A DNA stretch of 57,973 nt, counting the filler, from Sphacelaria rigidula (lineage: Eukaryota): NCBI GenBank assembly GCA_964200075.2. It is 7 parts of 7 records of this genome, joined end to end, with 100 filler letters (N's around TTAATTAATTAA, not from the genome) between each part and the next. Parts side by side here need not be neighbours in the genome. Positions count along the whole stretch, not along the records: positions 33,188 to 41,383 come from CAXNAA020011950.1; positions 41,484 to 49,678 come from CAXNAA020011951.1; positions 49,779 to 57,973 come from CAXNAA020011952.1; 4 more parts are not named here. One strand, written 5' to 3'. Positions 40,240 to 53,216 of this stretch are shown here, piece by piece; the stretch's first letter is position 1; each line of letters starts with the position of its first letter. Below the pieces are notes generated by a model. The model made no database searches and had not been told where the DNA came from. It saw only the letters and a program-made list of their open reading frames with translations. Both the position numbers and the translations under genes were made by a program.

Positions 40240-41383
40240 CGGAGCAGAGCAGCGTGGGCGTGCATTGGGAAGTTCTCCCGGGAGCTCTTTGACCGACCGA
40301 AAGCACCATGGGGACTCAAGGTCCGACGGCAGAAAGCGGAGGCGATGGAGGCCCTACTTTACGGATGCATGACGTGGGCCCCACGCCGCGAACACGACGA
40401 CTTGCTTCGAAAGGTGCACTACCTGCTCCCCCTGCGCGTCATCGGGTACCGCCGAGTGCGCGGCACATACCGACAGCTGTCGTATGCACAGGTCCTCAAG
40501 AAGACCGGATGTCAAACTGCGGAAGCCATCGTCCGGCAACGACGGCTGCTGTTCGCGGGAGCCCTGGCTAGACAACCGGATGGACGATTACCGAAGCGAA
40601 TAGCGTTTGGAACACTAGTCGGGGGGGAAACAGGATCAGGGTGCCCGGAACAAAACTGTCTGGAGTGCCTGAGAGACGATTTCCAAGCTTTCGGAGCCAC
40701 GGACGGCTGTACGGACGACAACCGCCAGACATTCGGAATTGACCGCGCTCTATGGACCTCAGCAGCAAGTAGGGAGGGGAGGGTGCCGTGGCACGCGGGA
40801 GTGCTGCAGGGAGCGGAGAGGTTCATGAACTCATGGCATAGAAATGAAGAGGAGGCCAGCCGACTGCGTGCGATTAGACGGGAGACCAACGAAGCCCAAA
40901 AAGCACAGCAATGACGACGGTCGAGAGAAGGGGGGGGTGGGGGATGATACCCCCCGATGAGGGGTGTCGTTATGTCAAGCAGTGCTTGTCTTGATACATC
41001 TGGTATGCTTGTACGTATGGCTGTCCCTCGAGAGGCCAAAAGATGGAACGTTGCGATTCTTACTTTTTTGGTTGGCGGTATTTGGGGCCTTGAGTCTCGC
41101 CCGTAGTCGGACCCTGTGTTTATTTATACTTGGCGTCGCGCGTCGAGTTGGAAAGCCGGGCGCCACCCCCTGAAGTCCGAATGGCCACCTGCGGCCCGGA
41201 TCTTCCAAGGTTAGCCATATGCACTCTCTTTCTTCTTGATTATTAATCCTTGTTTTTGCTTGTATCGCGTTTTGTGAGTCTTAATCTGGGTCTAATTTGT
41301 TTTTTTGGGGTGTTTTTGCTAGCCTGTGACCACGGAAGGCGTCCGCATCAGATGCCCAGTACGAATGTACCGCGGAGATATCG
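40240..41383 (+). mobile_element. RTE-clade LINE 3' fragment (ORF C-terminus + 3' UTR)
   Basis: EALLYGCMTW, RQRRLLFAGALARQPDGRLPKRIAFG and CLRDDFQAFG are typical RTE C-terminal motifs; ORF 40345-40914 followed by T-rich UTR and TGTGACCACGG end motif. Boundaries approximate. Confidence 0.9.
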
Positions 41384-42205
41384 NNNNNNNNNNNNNNNNN
41401 NNNNNNNNNNNNNNNNNNNNNNNNNNNTTAATTAATTAANNNNNNNNNNNNNNNNNNNNNNNNNNNNNNNNNNNNNNNNNNNNTTCGTGCAACCAAATAC
41501 CCCCCCCCTATCGTAGGATGACTCTGTAGTGCCACCGCTTTCTCCGGGATTAGAGCCCCTTCCTTTCCTCATCCTCACCGGCCCCCCACTCTATATCATA
41601 CAGCCCCGCTAGCCACAGAAGGTGGCCCCGTCCCTGCCCGTATTACTGTCTCCTCGCCCTTCCCCTTGTGATTGTTGGTGCTGCAAACGCAATTACTGCT
41701 GCTGATAGCCCTGTACTCGCCGCTGTTATGGCTGAGGCACCGCTGCTGTCGTAGTATCCGCTGGTGTTGGCGACCGGCTTGCCCATCTCTACCTTCCACG
41801 TCTTCTCCAACCCCGAGAGGGTTATCTGGTTCACTGCTGGCGCCGCCGGTGCCGCCGGCGTCAATCCCCCACCTCTCTCAACCAATCCAGGATCTGTGCC
41901 CATCCCTGGGCATATAAAGCCCCTCACTTCCGACCCTCTGCACTCCCGCTGTGGCCGCCGGCGCTGTCGTGACTTCATGGTGGTCCCGGTCCTCACCGCC
42001 AACGCTGCAGAATCCAGCTGGCATCGCCGCGCGCCTCGCTTTCTCCTCCACCCACAACCTCCCGATCTGACATGCCTTCCCGACCGGTCTATCGTAGGTG
42101 CCACTGATTTTCTTGACAAGTTCTCCTCTCCACCATCAACCTCACACTCTCTATCACTTTATAACACAGTCATCGGCTCTCTTCCAGGAATAACCCCCCC
42201 CCCTT

Positions 42206-42370
42206 GCTCCGTCTCGAAAGGGATGCGTGGTCAATGGTCAAACGACTAAGGCAAGCAACAAATGAGTACGCCCCCCCCCCAGTGCGGAGGCTGCTCCGTC
42301 TCGAAAGGGATGCGTGGTCAATGGTCAAATGACTAAGGCAAGCAACAAATGAGTACGCCCCCCGGTGCGG
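42206..42370 (+). mobile_element. Two head-to-tail ~70-nt 3' termini of the second LINE family
   Basis: GCTCCGTCTCGAAAGGGATGCGTGGTCAATGGTCAAAYGACTAAGGCAAGCAACAAATGAGTACGCCC twice; other copies at 52190-52260 (+), 27860-27929 (-) and 49921-49987 (-). Confidence 0.85.
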
Positions 42371-44769
42371 AGGCCCATTCTCCGGAACCTCTCGTTGCAA
42401 GTATCTCTCTCGGGAGTAGGCACGACTTCTCGGTAGGTCTCGCTATTGCCCGTGGCATCGTCAGGGGTGGTGCAGCCGCCGCCAGCGGCACGTCAGCTGT
42501 TCATGTCTACGCGATCGCGTCTAATCCTATTATTGGGAAATGAAAACTCCTATCCGGTCCCTCAGCGGCAGCGCCGTGGGGTGGCTCCGCAGTGATATTT
42601 GCTCTGGCGCCACCGGTTTCTTCCGCCTCGGAACCTGCGACGCCAACGGCGCGACCGACGCCCATGGTGGCACCCCCGTGCCTTGTGCCATAAGTGTCTT
42701 CTCTCGTGACCGCATCGCCACTGGCGGCCTCGACACCGTCACCCTCACGCACTTTCAAGAGCACCCCTGTTGAAGTCGAGGGTGATCCTCCGGCGCCCAG
42801 GCCCGTGTTGACGTCGTGTGCAAAACAAAAACTGTACATAGGTGGCACGTAAAGTCTCTCGTCGTCTAGGGGTAGGTAAACGCGCGCCGGCACGGCATTG
42901 GCATTTCGAGAAAAGATATGACGCACGTCCACCGAACCGTGCTCCACGAGGCGGACCGTTGGTACTTGGTGGACGCACCCATAGATAGGCGGAGGGTGTC
43001 GTAGATGAGTGGAACGGGAAGATATTCATTCGTGCCGCAATGCCTTTGACGGCAGGGATATGCGCCAAGGTTGCGTGCGGCGATGGCCTGTATTAGTCCC
43101 GCGGGGCATGCTTCTCTCCGCCGCCATGCCAGCCGCGCGAAATCTTCGGCGGCGCGCGGGCGTCTGCTGACATAAGTCCACGCTAGGTATCTCTAGAAAC
43201 GATCAGTGACGGCAGCCGCCGCAAACGACGTCGGGGTCCGTATCCGCAGTGGGAGCTCTTCCTGGAATTCCAAACACGGTCTGGGGTCGGCTCGCCCCGC
43301 CACCACGGTGTCCGCCGTGCGAACCACGCAGGAGCGGTGGGCCCACCCTTGGCCGTGCCAGTACGGCAGCGCCTCCAGGTTGTTGACCACGCTCAGCAGT
43401 TGATCTTGCATCAAAACCTCTCCGCCGCGGCCAGTCAACAAAGACACCTCGAAGTAAGACGGGAACAATCATCGAAGTTATCGAGTCGCACGAGCAGGCG
43501 CTCTGGTTTCAGTCGAACGCGCCATCCTACAATAGTTACCTGCCCACCCCAACACGCGCACCTACCCAGGCCTTTTTGACTTACTGTTGCAGCGATGCGT
43601 AGGTGATCCGCGGCTGCAGGTACGCCAGAAAATGAACAGAAATTGGTCGTAACGTCCGAGGCCTCTCACCAACCCCGTACCCCAACCGTCAGCTGGCCCG
43701 TTGACTTCCCGTAATAGCCACGCGGATCGGGTCTTGTCCCGCATCATCGCAACTCACTCAGGTTGCGCCACGCCTCCGCGGTGTGTGTCCTACTCATGCG
43801 GCATTCTACCTCGGTGGTAGTCTCGTGTCCCGCATGCCGCCCCTCTCGATTCGAACCCGCCCCGCGGTGCGGTTTGCCCCATGGAGCGCCGCTCCAATCG
43901 CTCAGCATATCACGTCGTTCAGAAGGTACAGCCAGAAGAGATCCTGGGGGACACATCTACTACAGAAAGCGTGTCCTGTCATCTCCAACATATGTTTTAG
44001 ACATAGTTTTTCGACGGCGACGAGCTGGGCGCCGACACAGGTATGCATCACGTTGTTTCAGCGAGGTTGTCGTCTTTTTGATGGCAGCAAACACACGCGC
44101 GCAACGTCCATCAGAGTGGTCGAGCAAGGCCTCAGTTGTCGGGTAAACTTTTGTGCCGGAATATCTCGTAACTGCCGCCAGCAGGTCGCTTTTTTTGTGC
44201 CCACATCGTAGTGTGAAATGATGAAAAACGTGCCCAGAACGGTAGAGTGCCTAAAGGCGTACTGAATCTGGGGGCTGTTGAATCCGCCCGCGATAAACTG
44301 GGAAGAAATCTCAACTAAGTGCAACAGTGTTTCAAGCTTGGTGTGATCGTGATATATACTCATAACACACTATACGCATAAATACAAGTGCGCGTACACG
44401 TGACGCCGTAAGGCTGTACGTCGATGCCAACGCTTGATAGGCGGACCTAGACACACGACAGTGGGTCGTAGGCGTTATCAAGGCATTGCGGTCGGAACAA
44501 TCAGCAACAAAAACAGAATGGGCTGCCTGGTTCACTTCATATGTTGAGGATAATGGTTGGAAACAGTGAGTGTCAGTCACATCATGGGTGGTGGCATTTC
44601 GCGATAGCAACAAATTTGTGCAGGGCGAACTTTGATCCCATGTGGGTTTCTCGGAAGAAGGGCGGTTCGAGAGACGTCAGCGTATCTGCACTCTTCGAAC
44701 ACGCCTCCACACGGGAGCCTGTAAAGCGATTATTTCGTACAGCTGTTGCCCGGGTCGGGTGTCCCTTAC

Positions 44770-44985
44770 AGAAAAACGGTCACACGTCGAGTTTGTTCCA
44801 GAGAAGTTGGAAATGTCGATAGCCCGAGGGTGTCTGGCGCCGTGGAAGCAAGTCAAGGAGCCGGGGGGGGGGGTGCATCATCCGCGATCGATTCTGACTC
44901 TAATGCGGAACCCACGAAGCCGCGAGTGGTGTACGATGTCAGGCCGTTGGACGAGCGCTGTCGAAATGTCTCGATAAAATGGGTG
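44770..44985 (+). pseudogene. Degenerate DIRS/Ngaro-like RT N-terminal fragment
   Basis: EFVPEKLEMSIARGCLAPW then frameshift EPTKPRVVYDVRPLD, resembling the K.R.(I/V).D.R.LN motif; recognition from memory only. Confidence 0.45.
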
Positions 44986-47900
44986 TGGTGGGCGCACAGT
45001 ACCGTCGGGCATTACTTGGGAGCAGCATTTCCTAGGCTTTTTGAATAATATAAAAGGGAGTATACCACGTGATGTCGCATCAGGACTAACGACCGGTGTT
45101 TGACGTGGGAATGCTTGTCAGTGATAGCCGGAGGACTCAGTACATGTAGTCAGTCTTGCGGGTACCGCACCATGTAGTTCGGGGAGCGTATACCCGAGGT
45201 ACCCTAGGGCATTGTACTCACGGCTATCCGTGCCCCGGGTACGACAGCGGGGATTTCCGGGAGCGATACCCTGGCGTACTCGGTACTTTCAGAAGTCATC
45301 GATTCCCTGCGTTACCTGCGTTACCTGGAATACTAAGCCGCCACGAACTTTTGTGTGTATTCTTGTTAACCGTTCAGTGGTGGCCGCCAAACATCGTCCC
45401 TGTCGTCTTGCAAACTACACACGGCCGAGGGTTTGCCCGATGGACCAGAGATCTTCGACACGCAACACGGGGAGTGTCTATTTTACTTTTCTATAGAGTA
45501 CAGAGTATCGACATGGATACAAGTAGCCTGAAATTTCGACGAATTGTGGGCAACAATTACGGTAGGCCCAGACACTTCTGGGCGACTGCCGATAAAAACA
45601 TCTCAGTGAAGGAGGAGACGCATCCATCTTATCCCCGGATATGTAATGAGTCTCTGTCTGTCCAATTTTTTAGGTAGTCTAGCTAGTTCACCTACGTATG
45701 TTATGTATCCAACAAGCCATCTTCTTCAATTTTGCACGTGGGGATCGAGTAACTAATCCTAATTGCAGCATTCCTTAACCTCACGATAAAAAATGAAGGC
45801 AAGCACCGCAGAAGGAAGGTGGGGTACTAAAAGCAAACAAACAAACAAGAACCCCTGTGTTGACCCTGCTCCTGTGTGACCCCGGCTGGTGCGTCCACAT
45901 ATACCGAAAGGGGTAGACTGGCGCCCAGAATAGATGGGACGACAACACACACACACTTAATGTCCGGACACCCTCTAGACCTATGCAAGGTGACGAATAT
46001 CATACGTTTCCGTCATGTTTTCAATCCCTTCTTTTCCTCGGGAAGACTGCGTAGCCTCACAGGATGAACTCATTCCTCCCCCGGGCCCCGCCTGATATTT
46101 TGTTATCGAGGCTTGGATCATGGCTATCAGCACTCATGCACTCCGTAGACCCTCGTCGGATCTTATATATTTTGTGCGCCTTGAAGGTTTCAACGATGGA
46201 AACCAATGTCTGCTCAGAAATACGGTATTTGTCGGAGTCAAACCCGCAACTTTCCTCCCTAGCTAGCTATTGATTCATCGGTCGGACCACCGGTGCACAG
46301 CAGTAATGGCATGAGATTTTCACTCAAGGGGAAGGGTAGGGAATTCTGAAAGCTCAGCCTAGGGATACCCTCGGATACGTAGACGAAAGTTGACGAAAGA
46401 ACAAGAACCACAACTTCGATCCCAGCTTCGAAGATGGTATGCTGAGTAGTACGCCGCCGTAGATAAAAACTAATGCAGGAACATGTCATAAAAAGCAAAG
46501 GTGTGGTTCGTGGACCACTACCAGTTGTCTTTTGAGTGTCCAGTCTAGGGAAATATACGATCAGATACGTGAATGAAAATCGATAAAACGAAGCATGGAG
46601 GGTGACATCATCATCAGCCCCAGCTACCTCGAAATTGGCATGCCCGGCTGCAGCCCGCCATGAGTGAAAAAAATAATACAAAGGGGATCACGGGGGAAAG
46701 CCAACGCCTGGCTCATGGAGCATTGCAAACTAAATGCTGATTGAAATCTCTGCATATGATGCAGGTCATGCCGTGGGCACGATCGAAGCATGCGTACATG
46801 GGGTCGTTCGACCCGATTTCGAACAAGCAAAAATTCGAGGCGCTTCACAGATCAGTCCACCGCGAAAGTCAGAGACACGCAGACGCGGGCGAGCAGGAAG
46901 AGGGTCTTGGGCCTGTCTCTGTGCGTGTGAATAGGGTGAACTGAATGCGGTGGCTCTGCACGTTGTCGACGCCGTGATGCATATGGGCGTTTCTCATCAC
47001 TTATTACTTGATGTGGTGGCGAAACTGTGGACCAACGCTGACCGGCTGGGACGGCATGCCATGTGTGCAGTAAGCAGTGCACCCCGGCAATATGCGTGAG
47101 CAGTGAGGTCTTCATCGTACACGTTTGGTACTTTTTACCTGCCGTAAAAGGGGATGCCATTGCGTCCGCGGCAGAACCAGCCATTCGCTATTGCTCTACT
47201 TCGACATGTGCACTTGAGCGTATTGCACTTGAGCGTATTTTCGTGCAATTCCTTGCAAATTTAGACAGACGAGGGTAGGGTGGGGTAACATAGGGCATGA
47301 GCTGGGTCAGCCTAAAACGCACTTCAATTCTCACAGTCATATCTCATCGAGACAGACACACAAATTGGGTCGCGATCCGCATGTCTTGTTAATCTTCTAA
47401 TCAAGGGGAAAATGTACATCTACTCAACAGCCTGGTCAGATGCTTCGTCGTTGCTCAAACGCCATGTCGACTATTATACAAAACGTACCACTCAGTAACC
47501 GTCCGAGTTTTTCTGCGGACAATGTTATGTACTACTTTGTGGTGAAAAATACACATCTAGCTCTCGACACTGTCCCCGCCCACCAACGTACGTATTGCAC
47601 TGGCCGCTGCACGATGGCCACCGGATCTAGTGAGTAGAAAAAGTAAATGATGGCCGCAGTCAACCCTTGGACGACGAGAATGGGCCATCTGTTGAATCAG
47701 CGTCAATGCCACTTGGAAAAAGCATGCATAATCCAGATGGGTTACCTTCGCGTTCTAAGGGTTAATAAGCTGCACTAAGATTCTCACCCACACCGCTAAG
47801 ACCAGGGCCTGGTACGGGTAAGCAATAAAAGCTGTGTACTAGGTGATTCAGATTCCAAGTAAAATTGGACAGACAATGCATGCAGGTTACTATGTACCTG

Positions 47901-48613
47901 GAATATATATATATATATATATTTCCTCGCTCTCAGAAAGTACAATACCTACATGTATCGTTTTCTTCCCATGTAACTCATAGTAGAGCTTACATACATG
48001 CAGACGATGGTAGAACCCGTAAAACAGGTTGCATGAACATATTACTGTCATGTCCCCAATATGGTAAATATTACAATGATAGAGGCATGCCGCATAGCAC
48101 ACAAATTGCGGTACGCAATATCAACAGCAAAAACGTATGTTGTTCGGGACCTCAGGCTGCTGGGAATCCTTGTAGTAGAGTAATCTTGAACAATCTTCAC
48201 ATCCCTACCATGATATATAAATATCCAAATTTAACAGGAATAACAGCGCGCGAGCATCGGTTGTGGCCACGATCCGTTGGAGGTTCGCGCGCAGTGGGGA
48301 GGGTCTGTCATTCACATGACGCCTAGCTACTACACGCAGGACGTGAAAAAGCTCAGGGGCGCACCGCTTAAAACTCGCATCAACCGATTCCATTTAACTT
48401 TGCCCTAGCAGCTGAGTTTTTTTTACAAACGTACGTTCACTTCTACACGGAACACCAGCAGTGCTCGCTCGGAGACATACCGACACTTAACACCCAAGGC
48501 TCATATATATATATATATATATTGTTCTCGAAAATATTTGGATGCCATGGTATAAGCACCTCGATAGGTAAGTGTACTGCGCGGTTATTCATACAGTACC
48601 TTCACTTGACCAT

Positions 48614-48965
48614 CGGTCGCCCCGGTGGCTCAGTTGGTAACCTCGGAACCTTCTGACGGTTGGGTGGTGGGTTCAAATCTCGGAGCGGACTGGATTTTTT
48701 CTTACGCAATGCTCAACAGTGGAGAGCGACTGTGTCGTGGGTACACAAAAATTCGACTTCACGGTCGACGAGGGAAAAGGGACTGCTGAACCCCTCTCGC
48801 GATAAAACGTAAAGGCAAGCACCGCAGAATGAAGGTGGAGAACTCAAAACAGACAAAAATGATAAACTTCTGTGTTGATCTTCCTCCTGTGTGACCCCGG
48901 CTGGTGTGCCCACATATACCGAAAGGTGTAGACGGGCGTCCAGAATAGATGGGATGACAACACAA
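48614..48965 (+). mobile_element. tRNA-derived SINE family 2
   Basis: A box TGGCTCAGTTGG, B box GGTTCAAATC; head-only copies at 22540-22625, 24893-24937 and 57003-57090 (-); body-only copy at ~45780-45945 (+). Confidence 0.8.
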
Positions 48966-50204
48966 CAATAACACACACGTCTCCATGGCACTTCATATAC
49001 ACATACCGTTATGGAGTGTGCTGTTTCCAATGTGCCCGTTGCATATTTGGCTGGCTGATAGAGCTTGACGGTGCTTGCCGTCTGCGGAGGTCAACTAAAA
49101 CCGGGAGAGGAGTTTCCTCGTCGTTACTGTGTACTTGTTCAATAACCATCCGCGCAGTTACGGGCGAGGAACGTGAGGGTAAGTGCCGCTACGCACTTGC
49201 GAGTACAGTACGCCTATTCCCCGATGGGGTTCAACCTCACGACTCCGCGAGATGAACGCCGAGTGACGACTACCACTGCGGTTGTCTTAACGGAGCTTCG
49301 AACAAAACCTCCAGCAGGTTCCCCGGAACAAGCTCTATCGGTACGCCAACGTCTTGTGCCATTAACACATCTTCACCATACTGACAATCCCTAGCTTCCC
49401 AGTCTAGCGGAAGTAGACATGCAGTACCCGCTTCAACCGTACTGCTGAGTTCCGTAGTCCAACTATCACTATACTCGAACCCCTACGTTTTATTATTTTT
49501 TATTCATAAATTTGTGGCACTCTGAACGTCTCCCCTTCCTCGGGACGAGTCCGTGGCCTAATGGTCTCAAGGGATCAACCCATCTCTCCCCGGTACACGC
49601 CTTGCATTTTGGTCTCGCGGATTGGGTCATGACTATCAGCACTCCCGCACCGCGTCAACTCACGTCGAACAAACCCAGNNNNNNNNNNNNNNNNNNNNNN
49701 NNNNNNNNNNNNNNNNNNNNNNTTAATTAATTAANNNNNNNNNNNNNNNNNNNNNNNNNNNNNNNNNNNNNNNNNNNNGGAGCACCGTTCCTACTCCTAA
49801 TAGAGACACCTCCAACATTTTGGCGCTCATTACTTTCTTTCCGTAGCTCATTGGGGGGCGGGGGGCAGAAGTGTGTGTGTGTAGGGGGGGGGGTGCTCGT
49901 GATCTTGCATACGAGGGGAGGGGGGGCGTACTCATTTGTTGCTTGCCTTAGTCATATGACCATTGACCACGCATCCTTTTCGAGACGCTGAGTGGGGGCC
50001 GGGGGGGTGGGGGGGTGGGGAATGACCGCCTCCCAGGACCATCATTCTAACGTAGTCAAGGTTATCATGCCGTTGAGTTCAGCACATGGAGCTTTGAGGT
50101 GAAGAAACGGGTATGACCATATATGTATATATATATATGTATATATATGCATCGCATACATCTGCCCATTCCCGGAGATATAGCGTAAGTTTCAACAGGT
50201 TTAC

Positions 50205-50370
50205 CTCCTGGGCGATCTCGACGAGGTAGCCGCTCTCCTTTCGCGTTAAAGATCCGGCCTTTTCTGGACATCGGCGGCAGTACTCGGGCCATTCCGGGAA
50301 CACGGCCTTGAAAGCGTCCGGGTCTATTGCGACGATGTCCGGAAGGGGAAAGCACCCCGTCTCGGACATC
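50205..50370 (-). CDS. Next exon of the zeta-toxin-like kinase (W-MSETGCFPLPDIVAIDPDAFK..PEW....AGSLTRKESGYLVEIAQE)
   Basis: Acceptor GCTGCTCTGCAG|G completes TG|G (Trp) from the 57438 donor; IDPD and PE motifs follow the Walker A as in zeta-toxin/PezT-like kinases; donor GAG|GTAAAC. Confidence 0.85.
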
Positions 50371-52272
50371 CTGCAGAGCAGCGCAGAGCAGGAATTCGGA
50401 GCATGAACAGGAATGTGAGTTAATCTATTCAAAATTTCGTAAAATTACCTTGAAATATGTAACCATTCAACTGACGGCTGGCAGTTGGCGCGTGGTCGGA
50501 ACAGAACAAAAGTGAGCGGCACTGCAACCGGCACTGAGCCTTTGGGCGACGTCTGCCCACGACGACTAGTGCGGGCCCTAACAATAACACAAATACACAC
50601 GCACTTTTTACTTTCTCGGAATAGCGGTGTTTCTTTCCGCACTGCGCGCAGTCCCCCCCCACCCCCCCCCAAAAAAAGAGTCGAGATCCGAAAATAGCAA
50701 CAGGCTCCAAAGGGACAATGGGTGAAATATGTTACAAATACCGACCGAGCCCAAACAGACACGCACAGACACCGGCAGCACAAATGCATGTTGCCTAGCG
50801 CTAGCGGTTGCTCGTTTACACGCATAAATTAAATGTATTTGACGAAAATCTGGTCAATCTGGTCAGAGGGTGGTGGAGGGGACAAGCACGTGTCAAAACA
50901 TTGCTCACGATGGGGCCGATAAGGCCTCGTCTGGTCTAGATAAACAAACGAGGATGGACTTGTGAGAAGGATGACCGAACTAACGAACAGCCCACGTATA
51001 GGCAACCATTTCACGTCCCATTACGCATTCGAATTCGCATTCGAATCAAAGCTAGGTCCCGTGACGTCGACACAGAAAAAAACGAGAATTAAATGATGAA
51101 AACGAGAATGATTTGACTGTTCGCAAACCTCTTGTTCATGAGAAATCGCCCGCCCATCCTATCGAAGGCCAAAAGAAAACGACGATGACAAAGTGATGTA
51201 GTGACAACAACACGCGAGCAGACCAGGGATTCCCATCAAGCCGGCGATCACGCGCAAGGTCCTTCGGCACAGTCACACGGTCGGAACGTGGACCGTCTCT
51301 CGCACAAGGAAGAGAAGCAGCAGTAGCAGCAGCAGCAGCAGTAGTATCGACACCCGCTGATGCAACCCTAACTCAACCACACACAGTTGCTGCTGCTTCT
51401 GCTCCTCTTCCTTGTGCGAGAGGCGGTCCGCGTTCCGATCGTGCGACAGTGCCGATACACCTTGCGTGTGATTGCCGCCGTGCTGAGTATCTCTGCCCGT
51501 ACTACCCGCCGATAGATCCAGGCTTGCTTACTAGACAAAGTGCTCGGTGATGAAGCTGTGCGCGTCGCTCTTTTCTCCTGTGCACTCCCGGGTGTGCCGT
51601 CCTACTTGTGGCCATGAGCCGTACAGTCTACGCTTGGCAACCATTTTACGTTCCCTTTCGCGTCTTCATCGGAGTATTCCTCCGTTTTCACAAAATACAA
51701 TAACCTTTTGAATTATTTTCCGTGAGAATGATCTCGGAGGCGATGAGAATAGAGTCATCAGCGCTACCCCAATCAGAAGGACACGAACAAAAGAAAACAA
51801 GTGAACAGCCTGCATCATTCAGATGGTCAAAGTGACTTCTCATTTTTTATTTCGTCTCGATAACACGGGGCCTTATGTAACCCTTAGACAGCGAGAGTAG
51901 GTCATGTGTTCAATCGGCATCGAGTTCACCTGCAAAAAATATGCATGATCCAGATAGACTACTCTCGCGGTCTCAGGGATATTATTACTGAAATGTTTGC
52001 CACGCGTGAGCTGTTCGTCATAATCTCTGTCACTCTCACAATATCATTTTCATTTTACTGTCTCGACAAGACGGGGCCAAACGTTTGTGCGTGTTTCATA
52101 CCGCATTCGTCTGGCAACTTATCGTTTCTAAGTCACATTTGAAGCGGATAGACCCACCCACAAACGTCGTCCTCACTTGATCAACCTTTACTCCGTCTCG
52201 AAAGGGATGCGTGGTCAATGGTCAAACGACTAAGGCGAACAACAAATGAGTAAGACCCTCCCCCCTACTGCT

Positions 52273-53216
52273 TGGGATTGCAAGCCATAGTTGATCGCGC
52301 TGTAGTGCAGAAGGTGACGAGAGAGCAGGCTGGAATAAGGTGGGATAGCGTGGACGGGAAAGTATGGAAGGACATACGAGGAAAAAAGACGAGATAGTGC
52401 CCATAGGTGAATATGACGGGTACAAGACGGAACTAAGAGGCATGATAGAAATAAGGGAAAAAGAAGCGCGAAGACGGAAAGGAGACGAAGAAGAACACCT
52501 GAAGATATACGGGGGGTTAATAGGGGGGATAGGGATAAAAATATATCTGCATGGCCCAATGGACTCGGCGAAGTAGTCGAAACTGCGATTCCGGGGGGGG
52601 GGGGGGGGCTTTACCTGCCAGAAAGAAGGAAGATATTTACGAGTAGTCGGGGGGGGGGGGAAATAAATGGACAGAACCGCNNNNNNNNNNGATGGGGAGG
52701 GCACGGATAAAAAATATGGTGGGCGGGGGCCGTGGTGGTGGGAGGGGGGGAAGAGGGGGGGGGGGGGGGGGGGGGGGGGGCTTTACCTGCCAGAAAGAAG
52801 GAAGATATTTACGAGTAGTCGGGTGGAGGAGGAAGTACATGCACAGAACTGCCCTGTGGCGAAGCAATAGAGAACAGGGCTCATATAGTGGCCGAAGGTG
52901 AACTATACAAGGAGGGACGGGACGTGCTAGAGGGAGAAATGTGGGAAGTGAACGAAGGTGGTAGAGAATCATTTGACATACCAAACAGTAGCGAGAAAAC
53001 GATGGGTATCCTAGGAGATAGATGGTGGCCAGAGACGGCGAAACAGGACGGGGACAAGATATGTAAGAGGTTTTTGTGTAGTTTATGGAAGAAACGTAAT
53101 GAGCGCCAAAATGTCGGAGGTGTCTCTAGTAGGAGTAGGAACCGTGTTCCGTCTCGAAAGCGATGCGTGGTCAATGGTCAAACGACTAAGCAAGCAACAA
53201 ATGAGTAAGCCCTCCT
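52273..53216 (+). mobile_element. Non-LTR retrotransposon 3' fragment (second family), 12-bp TSD
   Basis: Degenerate ORF2 end EEHLKIYGGL...CPVAK/HIVAEGELY...ILGDRWWP...CVVNGQTTK; flanked by CCCCCTACTGCT at 52261-52272 and 53217-53228. Confidence 0.85.

Noticed and set aside
48614..48700. tRNA gene
   Set aside because: A/B boxes are present but no proper cloverleaf; multiple diverged copies with a SINE body.
52580..52830. Direct repeat CTTTACCTGCCAGAAAGAAGG either side of a 10-N gap
   Set aside because: Probably contig overlap at poly-G tracts within a LINE.
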